DNA of 32,868 nt from positions 1 to 32,868 of the IMG/VR virus record IMGVR_UViG_3300037188_000017. The stretch is one strand, 5' to 3'. The notes beneath the pieces were generated by a model. That model did not search any database and had not been told where the DNA came from. It saw only the letters and a program-made list of their open reading frames with translations. Shown piece by piece: positions 16,593 through 25,508 of the stretch (positions are counted from its first letter, which is position 1; the number at the start of each line of letters is the position of its first letter). The position numbers were made by a program, and so were the translations under genes. The DNA comes from a virus. Its lineage: Duplodnaviria; Caudoviricetes.

Positions 16593-16862
16593 ATGACACC
16601 AATCAACTTCCCAGAAGCTAACGCCGTAATAGGCCCGCCAGCCGATATAGCTGATTCACAGTGCATCCGTATCAATGCTTATGTCGGTGAGGTCGTCGGC
16701 GGAAGCGTCGATGGCACTGCGGTCGTCGTAGTCGCGTGGAAACCGGACCGTGACGACATCGAGCGGATATTGCAGGGCGAGCCGGTCTATTTGTCGGTAC
16801 TGGGCGGGATGGTCCCGCCCTTCTTGACGACCGATTTTAACCAAGCAACACATCCAACATGA
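16593..16862 (+). CDS. Hypothetical protein
   Basis: 89-aa ORF with an A-rich leader; ATGA overlap with the next gene. Confidence 0.75.
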   Translation: MTPINFPEANAVIGPPADIADSQCIRINAYVGEVVGGSVDGTAVVVVAWKPDRDDIERILQGEPVYLSVLGGMVPPFLTTDFNQATHPT

Positions 16863-17104
16863 AAACGAAAACCCTAATCCCCTGCGCGGCCCTCCTTTGC
16901 GGTTGCGCGACCAATCAACAACTCGAACAACGCGACTGCAACGTTGCTGCCACGATCAGACTGTCATGGCCTCATGCGCAAGTCTGCGTAGAGTCGTCAC
17001 ACCGGGCGGCGGTCTTCTACGACCATCACCTTTACCATGTGCCGTTCACGGCGTACCCTGACGGCAGTGTCACGCTCGGAGCGCCAAAGCTGGAGGCGTA
17101 TTGA
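16859..17104 (+). CDS. Small putative lipoprotein
   Basis: MKTKTLIPCAALLCG-C lipobox-like signal; duplicated at the window start. Confidence 0.7.
   Translation: MKTKTLIPCAALLCGCATNQQLEQRDCNVAATIRLSWPHAQVCVESSHRAAVFYDHHLYHVPFTAYPDGSVTLGAPKLEAY
16867..16945. repeat. Inverted repeat copy B (identical to the reverse complement of 1-79)
   Basis: Direct comparison. Confidence 0.97.
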
Positions 17105-17106
17105 CC

Positions 17107-17652
17107 ATGTCAAAGTGCCCTCCTAAACCCAAAGCCAAAGCACCGCCGAAGAACCTCGGCGGGCGGCCGCGCGTGTTCGCGGAGTTCCCGGTTTACGACT
17201 CCATGGAGCAATGCGCGGGCGCGACGGGAATTCCCATCTCGCATCTGAAGTTCGCCAAGCGGCAGGGATGTCTATTCATCCGCCATGGCCGGGTTCACAT
17301 CGCTGAGTTCATTAGCTGGTTCTTCAGCCAGACGCCGGAGAACGTCGAGGACGCCATCGACTGGAGTAAGCGCGACAAGCGGATGTCGGCGATGATCAAG
17401 GAGATTGAGTACGAGAAGATGCGCGACAGTGTCATTGAATGGGTACTGGTCGAGAAGTTCATCATGCAACTTGTCGGCATCAACTTCTTTGGCGAGCTGG
17501 AGCGGCTTGCTGGCGAATTCCCGGCGACGTTGAAAGGGAAGTCTGAAGTCGAGATTGCCAGCGAGGTTGCCAACGAGGTGAAGTCGATCAAGGAGTCGTT
17601 GCGCTCTCGCATGGAAATTTGGAAAACGAAGAAAGGAAAGATCAATGAGTGA
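17107..17652 (+). CDS. Terminase small subunit (Nu1-like), probable
   Basis: Immediately upstream of terL; wHTH-like MEQCAGATGIPISHLK...GRVHIAEFISWF followed by a helical region. Confidence 0.65.
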   Translation: MSKCPPKPKAKAPPKNLGGRPRVFAEFPVYDSMEQCAGATGIPISHLKFAKRQGCLFIRHGRVHIAEFISWFFSQTPENVEDAIDWSKRDKRMSAMIKEIEYEKMRDSVIEWVLVEKFIMQLVGINFFGELERLAGEFPATLKGKSEVEIASEVANEVKSIKESLRSRMEIWKTKKGKINE

Positions 17653-19504
17653 TAACCGTCCAGCTGACGCGGTCATCATGGCCATCCCCGGTAACCAACC
17701 GGACATCATCGAATGGGCAGAGCGGAACGTGAAGTTTCCCAAATCTGCGCGGTCGAAGGATTTTAAAATATCCGTAACGCCGTGGCTGCGTGAGCCGATG
17801 GAACGGGCAACTGATTTGCGCACCCGGATAATAACGTTGATGAAGCCGGTCCAATCTGGCGGCAGCGTGTTTGGGGAGATATTAATCATGTTCTGGATCA
17901 TGTTCGCCCGGGGGATGATGCAGTACAACTGGAGCAACGACAAGCGGGCTAAGGACCGTTGGAATTCACGCATCCGCGATATTCTAGAATCCAATGAGCT
18001 GATCAATGCTCGGATGAAGCTTCTCGACGTGCGTGAGCGTGAGATTGATTTCGGAAATGTGTTCTTCCGCATGCAGGGCGCATTTACGCCGGACAACTTG
18101 GATTCTGATTCGATTGCGCTACAGGTCAACGAAGAGGTTCATTCATGGGAGCCCGGCCATTTGAAAAAAGCCCGCGGTCGATCAACGGCCGTATGGAATT
18201 TCAAAAGCGTAGACATTTCGAATGCGGGCGACGCTGGCGACCAGCTCGACCAGGCGTTCAAGGACGGCACGGGCCAGCACTGGAATGTGCGTTGCCCCGG
18301 CTGCGGCAAGCTGCATCGGATGCGGACAAAATGGGAGGACGATAAGCCACAGCTAGGGGGACTGCGCTACGATGCCGACGGATGCCGACGTGGTCATATG
18401 GATTACGATTACAATAAGCTGCGGTCGACGATTCAATTCCAAATGCCGTGCGGATTCAGGGTTCACAACGAAGATATCGCCATGCGTCGGCAAATGTCGT
18501 TAGGTGGCCAGTACGAAGAGCCGCAGCATACCGGAGCGGAGTTGACGCATCGCAGCTACACCTATCAGGCGGTCATTGTCGATTACATCGATTGGATGAC
18601 GTTGATCAAAGAAAAACATTCCGCACTCAAGGCTCGGGCGCTGGGAGATCCTGAGCCGTGGCGGCGGTACACGCAGGAGCGCGAGTGCATCCCGTACAGC
18701 GCGGACGATATTCCGATTATCAACTCAATTAAACTTTCAGAGTTGAAGATTTCTCCGGCCGGGCTGCCAGAGCCGAGACTGCGGGTCTTTGCTCTCGACC
18801 GTCAGGCGGGCGAAAAATCGAAAGGTGAATTGCCGCATTGGTGGCTGGTTGTTCGTGATTTTAAAGTCTTCTTTGGCGCGTTGAAAAGTCGGCTTGTGTT
18901 CGAAGGCATGCTTGAGACCGACGACCAGGTCGTTGCGAAACTAGATGAGCTGGGATGTCAACGTCATCATGGTTGTGCGGACTCAGGGGATGACACGGAT
19001 CATGTTTACAATTTCTGCATGCGCAATGGCATCAACGCGATCAAGGGCGGCAAAGAACAATGGTACGTCCACGAAGGCGGCGCGCGCCGGACGTATTCAC
19101 CAGAACGGCCGCTGCACTCGATGTTGAATTATCCGCCAAAATACAAGTACGTCGAATCGACAATCAACAACGGCGTGGTCGAAACAGAACCTGATCCGCG
19201 AGAGCCGCTGTTTTGGCTCTATTCGAAGGGAGCAATCCGCGAGCGGCTTCACTACATCCGCTCAAATACTGATTACGAGATCCCGGCCGACGTGTCGGAG
19301 AATTACAAAGAACATAACGACGCGGAGGAGCGCGTGAAGCGGCAGCATCCAAGGACGGGCGAGGACATCGTTGAGTGGATACAGCGGAAACGGCGCAACG
19401 ATCTGTTCGTGTGCGAATGTTACGCGGCGATGATTTTAGACATGAGCGGCGCATTGGGCGAATGTCAGGTATCTGAAGTGGAAACAACCAACCAAACGAA
19501 ATGA
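17645..19504 (+). CDS. terL: Terminase large subunit, lambda GpA family
   Basis: EWAE...TPWLREPM, KPVQSGGS (Walker A variant), ISNAG, RCPGCG and nuclease ALDRQ / ADSG / NDLFVCECYA motifs. Confidence 0.9.
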   Translation: MSDNRPADAVIMAIPGNQPDIIEWAERNVKFPKSARSKDFKISVTPWLREPMERATDLRTRIITLMKPVQSGGSVFGEILIMFWIMFARGMMQYNWSNDKRAKDRWNSRIRDILESNELINARMKLLDVREREIDFGNVFFRMQGAFTPDNLDSDSIALQVNEEVHSWEPGHLKKARGRSTAVWNFKSVDISNAGDAGDQLDQAFKDGTGQHWNVRCPGCGKLHRMRTKWEDDKPQLGGLRYDADGCRRGHMDYDYNKLRSTIQFQMPCGFRVHNEDIAMRRQMSLGGQYEEPQHTGAELTHRSYTYQAVIVDYIDWMTLIKEKHSALKARALGDPEPWRRYTQERECIPYSADDIPIINSIKLSELKISPAGLPEPRLRVFALDRQAGEKSKGELPHWWLVVRDFKVFFGALKSRLVFEGMLETDDQVVAKLDELGCQRHHGCADSGDDTDHVYNFCMRNGINAIKGGKEQWYVHEGGARRTYSPERPLHSMLNYPPKYKYVESTINNGVVETEPDPREPLFWLYSKGAIRERLHYIRSNTDYEIPADVSENYKEHNDAEERVKRQHPRTGEDIVEWIQRKRRNDLFVCECYAAMILDMSGALGECQVSEVETTNQTK

Positions 19505-19716
19505 AACAATCAAGAATAGTAACCCGAAAAGAGCTGGCGGACATCATGTCAAAAAGCCGGGGCCACAACGTGACAGTTGAGCAGGTGCGCTGGAATGAAG
19601 AGGTGTGGGGATTGATTCCAGCGCGGTGCGATTTTAACAAGCGCGTGTTCTACGACCTCGAAAAAGCACTGGCCGCGCTCAAGCGCAATGCACTAATTCA
19701 GCTAGATGTCAAGTAG
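19501..19716 (+). CDS. Small wHTH-like DNA-binding protein
   Basis: VTRKELADIM...VTVEQVRWNE...RVFYD resembles excisionase/MerR-like HTH folds. Confidence 0.5.
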   Translation: MKQSRIVTRKELADIMSKSRGHNVTVEQVRWNEEVWGLIPARCDFNKRVFYDLEKALAALKRNALIQLDVK

Positions 19717-19770
19717 CGCAACGCATTTACCACATACACCGCTCGCAACGCATTTACCACATATACCACT
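19717..19770. repeat. 27-bp tandem direct repeat (2 copies, 25/27 identical) upstream of the head genes
   Basis: CGCAACGCATTTACCACATACACCGCT / CGCAACGCATTTACCACATATACCACT. Confidence 0.9.
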
Positions 19771-19805
19771 AACAAAATAGTTGAAGGTTGTGTCATGGTC
19801 ACTTC

Positions 19806-20357
19806 GTGGCGATAACCTCTAGCGAGAAGCGCGGACGTCTGGAAGATGCTTTCCAGGCGTCCGCCGGGTTGTCGCAAAACCCTACTTCACTCCGCGCATA
19901 TCTTCGAAAGCAGGAACAATCCGCCCGCGCTTCGATCAGTGGCGGCGCGGTCAAGCTCAACATCGGTAATGGCCAACGAGTCGAGTTCTTTGACGCTGGC
20001 GTCGGTCAAATCACGCAGACAGAAATTGTCGAGCTGTACCGTGACCTGATCGACGACTTTGACCAAGCGTTTCTTTTTATCTGGAATTGTTCCAGTGTTG
20101 GACTCGATGCGTTCGTTACGGAGATGACGCTTTTTCCGAACAGCACGAAGCCAGCCGCACCCGCCAGCATTATAGACTCCTCCGGTCGCTGGGCTCAGCT
20201 CTGTACTCAGTTCGGAATTGTTCCAGCTACCGTAATCGGCCAACCCGTCAACGACTCGTCAGTTTTTCTCTGGTTGATGTTCTTCGAAGTCGCTGTGACC
20301 GAATCGCGGTCTGACTATAGCCAAATGCGAATCGCGGAAGGAAATCAGTTCGTATGA
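19806..20357 (+). CDS. Putative head-completion (gpW-position) protein
   Basis: Lies between terL and portal; GTG start; ATGA overlap with portal. Function inferred from synteny only. Confidence 0.5.
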   Translation: MAITSSEKRGRLEDAFQASAGLSQNPTSLRAYLRKQEQSARASISGGAVKLNIGNGQRVEFFDAGVGQITQTEIVELYRDLIDDFDQAFLFIWNCSSVGLDAFVTEMTLFPNSTKPAAPASIIDSSGRWAQLCTQFGIVPATVIGQPVNDSSVFLWLMFFEVAVTESRSDYSQMRIAEGNQFV

Positions 20358-21958
20358 AATTGATCGACCGCATTGCAAATTCCATTCTTGCGCTGACCGG
20401 CGGCACGCGCGTTGGTGACGCCATCGGCGAGTTGTTCAACCGCTATGAAGCCGCGCAGCCATCGACCCCAAAAAGGTCTTACATTCCCGCTTTCAATCGC
20501 GACGCCCGGTACGACGCCAACAGTTGGTCACGCTGGGAAATGACGCGGAAGATTCGATATTTTGAACGCAATGTTTGGTTAGTGCAGGCGATTCGGGATG
20601 AGCATGTCAAATGGACGGTGGGGCCGAATGGTCTCACCGTCTTGCCCGCTTCTTCCGATGAGGAATGGAACAAGGGAATGGAAGAGTCGTATCAGGAATG
20701 GTGCGAGAATCCCTGCTTCGATTCGACGATTCCCATGCCGCAGGTGCATAAGCAAATCGCCGGGACGGCGAATCTTGAGAATGATCTGTTCGTCCTGAAG
20801 ACGTTCATCAAGAATTCGGGTAAACCGTCCCGTCCGGCAATTCAACTGATCGAATCTCATCGTTGCTCCGCGCCGGGCACGGTTTACTCGCTTCAAGAAT
20901 CATCCGACACAGTTGACGGCGTGCAGCTCGGAAAAGGTCAGGATGGCAAGGTCACCGGGCCGATTGGCTACTGGATGATTGACGATTTGCTTTCGACACA
21001 ATGGGCGTTTCGTTCGGTCGCTGAGTGCATTCACATTTTCTCGCCGGAACGGATCGGGATGTATCGCGGCATCACGCCGTATCACTCCGTGATGAACACG
21101 TTGCACGACCTCGATGATCTTGAGTCGATGGAAATGGAGCGTGCGAAAAACAACTCTGAAATTTCCAACATCATCACGTCGCCTTCGGGTGAGCTGAACC
21201 GTGATGCGTTACGCGCTCGCCGCTTCGGTGCTGTCGGCACTTCAACCGCGCAACCTGATTCAAAGGACGAAGATATCGACCGCCGGATTCAGATGTACCG
21301 GAAGATTTTGGGCGCCCGCACGATTGCTCTGAAGACTGGCGAAAAACTTGAGCAGCAGGGCAACGAAAATCCGTCTGCCGCTACGCAATGGTATTGGAAA
21401 TACAAACTCGGCCAGGTGTCAAAGACCGCTGGCGTCCCGTTGATTCTGATTTTTCCGGAGTTGATTGAGGGCATGCAAGGAACGGTCGTTCGCGGAATTT
21501 ATGATAACGCACACGAGACATTTCGCGGCCACTTTTTCACTTATGCGCGAACAGCAATCAACCTGTATCGATACTACGCCAACTGGGCACGTTACAACGA
21601 TCCGCGCTGTTTCGATGCTCCGGCCGACTGGAATAAATGCCACGTCATTCCGCCCCGCGCCGTCAACGTTGACATCGGCTACACGTCTGCCGCCACGCTC
21701 GCAGAGTTAGCGTCTGGCGTCACCAATTACGACGACATCGCCGGTCGTCAGGGCACGACGGCGGAAGTCTTGATCCGAAAAAAAGCGAAGAACGTCAAAA
21801 TGATTAACGACGTAGCTGCTGAATTTGGAATTGAGCCGGCCGACATCGCCGCGCCCATGGCTGATGTTCTGCAAAAATTGGCGCTCGCCACTCAGGCCGA
21901 AAGCCTAGCCGAAAATCCCATGCAAGAAAAAGACGAACCAGTTCCCGCTGAACAATGA
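20354..21958 (+). CDS. Portal protein, lambda gpB family
   Basis: 534 aa; YEAA, IQLIESHR, DGVQL...GPIGYW, HIF...YRGIT motifs; synteny. Confidence 0.9.
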   Translation: MKLIDRIANSILALTGGTRVGDAIGELFNRYEAAQPSTPKRSYIPAFNRDARYDANSWSRWEMTRKIRYFERNVWLVQAIRDEHVKWTVGPNGLTVLPASSDEEWNKGMEESYQEWCENPCFDSTIPMPQVHKQIAGTANLENDLFVLKTFIKNSGKPSRPAIQLIESHRCSAPGTVYSLQESSDTVDGVQLGKGQDGKVTGPIGYWMIDDLLSTQWAFRSVAECIHIFSPERIGMYRGITPYHSVMNTLHDLDDLESMEMERAKNNSEISNIITSPSGELNRDALRARRFGAVGTSTAQPDSKDEDIDRRIQMYRKILGARTIALKTGEKLEQQGNENPSAATQWYWKYKLGQVSKTAGVPLILIFPELIEGMQGTVVRGIYDNAHETFRGHFFTYARTAINLYRYYANWARYNDPRCFDAPADWNKCHVIPPRAVNVDIGYTSAATLAELASGVTNYDDIAGRQGTTAEVLIRKKAKNVKMINDVAAEFGIEPADIAAPMADVLQKLALATQAESLAENPMQEKDEPVPAEQ

Positions 21959-24285
21959 AAAAGAAAATATTTAATCTCGCGTGGGGCACTATCACCGTTC
22001 AATGGAATGACGCGGCCGACGGTGATCCGACTCCGACAGAGGTAATGGTTTACGACACCATTGGCAAAGATCCTTGGAGCAACGGCGGCATATCGGGTGA
22101 TGAATTTCGAAAGGCGATTAATGAAGCTCCGACGGATCGCGACCTTCACATTCACGTCAATTCTCGCGGCGGCGATGTTCACCACGGCATGACGATGCTC
22201 AACTCGTTGAAGGACTGGAAAAACAAGACAGGTAAGAAAGTTATCACCGTCATAGACGGTGTCGCCGCCTCTACCGCCTCTTGGGCTTTTCCGGCTGCAT
22301 CCGACGAGGTTCACGCCTATCGCGGTTCGCAGATGTTCGTTCATGACGCAATGGCATATGCGGCTGGTAATGCAGAGGAAATGCGCAAGACGGCCGACGA
22401 CCTCGATAAGACGTCCGACCAGATCGCGGACATGTATGCCGAAAAGTCCGGCACTGGTAAGCGCGGCTGGCGCGACAAGATGAAGGACGAAACATTGATG
22501 ACCGGCGAAGAAGCTGAAGAAGCTGGACTCGTTGACAAGATCATCGACGGAAAAGCCACGAGAAATTTCACGCCGAAAGAGATTGTGAATATGAGCAATC
22601 GACTTTCCGCAATTTACAATTCCGCCCCTAGGCACGGCGATCAAAAACCACAACACCAAAAAACCATGAATAAGAAGAAATTAATCGCCATGCTTAACAC
22701 GTATGGCGTCACCGAATGGGATGGCAAGGCTATCTCTGAAGAGACCTCCGACGAACATCTTGAAGCTGCGCTCAATTCGGTTATGAACCGGAAGGAAGCG
22801 GCCAAGGCAGTCATCAACGCTGCCACTGCTGCTGTATCTACCGCTGTCGCTCAAGTCACGCAGGCTGACACTGCGACATCCGCCGACATCAAAGCGCTTC
22901 GCGACCAGGTTAACCAGTTGACCGAAATCAACAACACGGGCAAGCGCCTTCGCATCGGCACGATGATCGACCAGCTCGTCATCGACGACAAGCTGAGTGA
23001 AATCGAAAAGGAAAAAGCTCTCGCCCGCGCTATCAAGGACGAAACCTACATCGACGAATTGAAGGCGCGTCCGGCGCTGAACATCGGTGGACGTCCGCTG
23101 AAACCAATCGCGGATCTTGTTGGGAACTCGTTCAATGAGGTGCAGGGTTTCATTCTGGAGAATACCTCTGGATTCATGCGCAACTTCATCGGTTCGCGTG
23201 CGGACAATAACCTCGGCGAAAAGACCTGTAAAGAAATCAGCTCTCGGGCGATCATCGCGGCGAATACGATCAAGAAGCATAAAAACATGCTCGTTGAAAT
23301 GTTCAATGCGAACACCATCGACGCTGGTTTGCAACGTCAGATCATCCTTCAAGAAATGCTTGAGGAATTTGCCGTCGTCCTTTTGCCGTTGACGAACTTT
23401 TCCACCGTCTTTAACAACGTGCCGCTTGAAGGTACGGACGAAGTTGACGTGCCCTTCTATCCGCTGGCAACCGATGCCGGTAATAGCTGGGATCCGACGC
23501 AGGGCTATGCCGCAAATCTTTTGGGCGGCACGGTGACGAATACCCGACCTGTTGTGGTTGGCGGCAATGGCGTCACCTCCGGCGCGAATGCTCCGGCTGG
23601 TACGGCCCGCGACCGTAAATGGATTGGCGCTCAGTTCAGCTCGTACGAACTCGCCCGTCAGCCTTATTTGAACGTACAGAAATTAATGATTCAAAAAGCC
23701 AACCGCCTCGGCGTGTTGATCTTCACGGACATCATTTCCCGCGTCATCTGCGCTGCCAACTTTGGGGCTTCCGTCAAGGCTGTCCCGGCGGCTCAGTTCT
23801 CCGGCGATGATGTCGCTGATTTATGGGAACAGGCGACCGGTCGCGATTGGCCGCAACGTGGTCGCGCCTTGGTGCTCGACCATCGCTATCGGACTCCGCT
23901 CATTAAGGACCCGACGTTTAAGCAATATCTGTCCTACGGTGCCACTGACCCGCTCCGCAAAGCAGTCATCCAAGAGGCTTACGGCTTTGAAGATATGCCG
24001 ATTGTTCCGAACTTGGCTGGCTACTCGCCCGCTAACGAAAACCTCGTGGGTTGGATTAACTGGCTTTACGCGGTGCTTATCGCCACGGCCCCGGTTATGC
24101 CGACGCCTGACGTGCGGGCGCTGATGACCCGTTATGACGTGGTAGTCAATCCGGCGACCGGCATTGCGTTCGAATATCGCCGCTTCGGCGATGCCACGCT
24201 CGATCAAACGAAAGAGGTGGTCGAATGCACATACGGCGCGAACAAGGGCGTTGCCTCGGCCCTGGCACGCATTACCAGCCAATAA
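21955..24285 (+). CDS. ClpP-like prohead protease - scaffold - major capsid protein fusion
   Basis: N-terminal VNSRGGDV, GVAASTAS, MFVHD and ETLMTGEEA..GLVD; helical middle region; C-terminal capsid-like domain of about 325 aa ending ALARITS. Confidence 0.88.
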   Translation: MKKKIFNLAWGTITVQWNDAADGDPTPTEVMVYDTIGKDPWSNGGISGDEFRKAINEAPTDRDLHIHVNSRGGDVHHGMTMLNSLKDWKNKTGKKVITVIDGVAASTASWAFPAASDEVHAYRGSQMFVHDAMAYAAGNAEEMRKTADDLDKTSDQIADMYAEKSGTGKRGWRDKMKDETLMTGEEAEEAGLVDKIIDGKATRNFTPKEIVNMSNRLSAIYNSAPRHGDQKPQHQKTMNKKKLIAMLNTYGVTEWDGKAISEETSDEHLEAALNSVMNRKEAAKAVINAATAAVSTAVAQVTQADTATSADIKALRDQVNQLTEINNTGKRLRIGTMIDQLVIDDKLSEIEKEKALARAIKDETYIDELKARPALNIGGRPLKPIADLVGNSFNEVQGFILENTSGFMRNFIGSRADNNLGEKTCKEISSRAIIAANTIKKHKNMLVEMFNANTIDAGLQRQIILQEMLEEFAVVLLPLTNFSTVFNNVPLEGTDEVDVPFYPLATDAGNSWDPTQGYAANLLGGTVTNTRPVVVGGNGVTSGANAPAGTARDRKWIGAQFSSYELARQPYLNVQKLMIQKANRLGVLIFTDIISRVICAANFGASVKAVPAAQFSGDDVADLWEQATGRDWPQRGRALVLDHRYRTPLIKDPTFKQYLSYGATDPLRKAVIQEAYGFEDMPIVPNLAGYSPANENLVGWINWLYAVLIATAPVMPTPDVRALMTRYDVVVNPATGIAFEYRRFGDATLDQTKEVVECTYGANKGVASALARITSQ

Positions 24286-24294
24286 TTAAGTCAA

Positions 24295-24326
24295 TCTTCG
24301 CCGCAGCCTGGTCGTTGCGGCGAAGA
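24295..24326 (+). terminator. Stem-loop after the capsid gene
   Basis: TCTTCGCCGCAGC / CTGGTC loop / GTTGCGGCGAAGA; no strong U tail. Confidence 0.55.
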
Positions 24327-24335
24327 ACAAAATTT

Positions 24336-24914
24336 ATGAGAACAGCAATTTTAGTTGCGAAGATGCGAACCGGGGGCTGGAAGCTCTTGGGCACGCCGTC
24401 AGATTCGCTGATGGAAGTGAAAAAGAAGTTCAAGGAATTTATGGGCAATAAGGTCCATAAAGATTTTGAGCGCGTTCACTATCAGGAATCGGACAGCCAT
24501 CTTTTGGTTATTCAATTCCGATCCCCGCAGGAACATGAAGCGTTTACCGCCAATCGCGACAAGGAAACTCAACAGGCCGTTGCCGCCGGGAAAGCCGAAG
24601 AGGAGAATAAGAGCAAAGCCTCGAAGGAACCCGACGAACGCCGCGCGAAAGAACACGCCGACGAAATCGACCGTTTGAACGGCTTGGTCACCGACGAAGT
24701 GCGCAAGGGCAAATCCGCCGATGAAAAGGCTGATCCCGCGCCGGAAAATCACCCTTTTGACGCCAACGGACTGTGTACCGACGGGCCAACTCCTGAGGTG
24801 TGGGTCGCTCAAGGTTACGACATCAAAAATTATCCGCCCAAAGGCTACGCAGCGAAGCCTGCCGCGGCGGCGAAAAAATCTGCTGCAACAAATAAAAACG
24901 AAAATGAAAATTAG
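24336..24914 (+). CDS. Hypothetical protein (charged; C-terminal DGPTPEVWVAQGY..NYPPKGY module)
   Basis: ATG at 24336 after the hairpin; overlaps the next gene. Confidence 0.75.
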   Translation: MRTAILVAKMRTGGWKLLGTPSDSLMEVKKKFKEFMGNKVHKDFERVHYQESDSHLLVIQFRSPQEHEAFTANRDKETQQAVAAGKAEEENKSKASKEPDERRAKEHADEIDRLNGLVTDEVRKGKSADEKADPAPENHPFDANGLCTDGPTPEVWVAQGYDIKNYPPKGYAAKPAAAAKKSAATNKNENEN

Positions 24915-25506
24915 AAACTTATTCGCCGCAATATTGGCGGTCTCACTGCTTGCCATCGGGTCTGCAAAGGCCGGATTACAGGCGCAAATCGACAACAGCA
25001 CCAACATGCTGCCTGTCCTCACAACGAATGTTTACGCCCTTTATGGCGACATTACCGGTCAATTTACGAATGGGTATTCGTTCTTCAGCTTGTCCGGCAA
25101 CACGTACACCACGAATGGCGTCTTCGTCTCGGCTGGCAGCAGCGGCACACCTAATGCGTTCATTGACTGTTCTAAGACGACATCTGGAACTCTTGAGGTC
25201 GGTGGCTATTTCGCAAATACGGCATCCGGCGCATCGAACATCGTGTTTTCGATTTACGGCACCGCCGACGAACATCTCTGGCAGTTGTACACGAATATCA
25301 ATGTCGTCGTCCCGGCCCTGACAACGAATTGGCAGTTCTCCACTTTTTCAGTGGGTAACGGCGGAAATAATAACTCGCTATATGCGGCTTACGATATGCG
25401 TGCTGTCCAGAACACGAATGCGGCTTCGGTGACGATGTTTACGAACGGCGTCACTGGTGCTCAATCAAGCCTGTTCTTTAAGGGTTGGACTCGTACCGGA
25501 TTCTAA
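24904..25506 (+). CDS. Signal-peptide-bearing, beta-rich, Thr/Asn-rich protein
   Basis: MKIRNLFAAILAVSLLAIGSAKA Sec-type signal; mature part rich in T, N, S and G. Confidence 0.75.
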   Translation: MKIRNLFAAILAVSLLAIGSAKAGLQAQIDNSTNMLPVLTTNVYALYGDITGQFTNGYSFFSLSGNTYTTNGVFVSAGSSGTPNAFIDCSKTTSGTLEVGGYFANTASGASNIVFSIYGTADEHLWQLYTNINVVVPALTTNWQFSTFSVGNGGNNNSLYAAYDMRAVQNTNAASVTMFTNGVTGAQSSLFFKGWTRTGF

Positions 25507-25508
25507 TC

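Noticed and set aside
15841-16621. ORFs 15841-16119 and 15929-16621 as real genes
   Set aside because: They run through iteron-like repeats and the cos-like region and have Arg/Ser/Cys-rich, non-protein-like composition. They cannot be fully excluded.
19717-19770. Mini CRISPR array
   Set aside because: The two copies are directly adjacent with no spacer, and there is no cas operon.
17272-25022. Long minus-strand ORFs (for example 17272-18129, 21892-22659, 22681-23352, 24399-25022)
   Set aside because: They are antisense to well-supported terminase and head genes and have no recognisable motifs.
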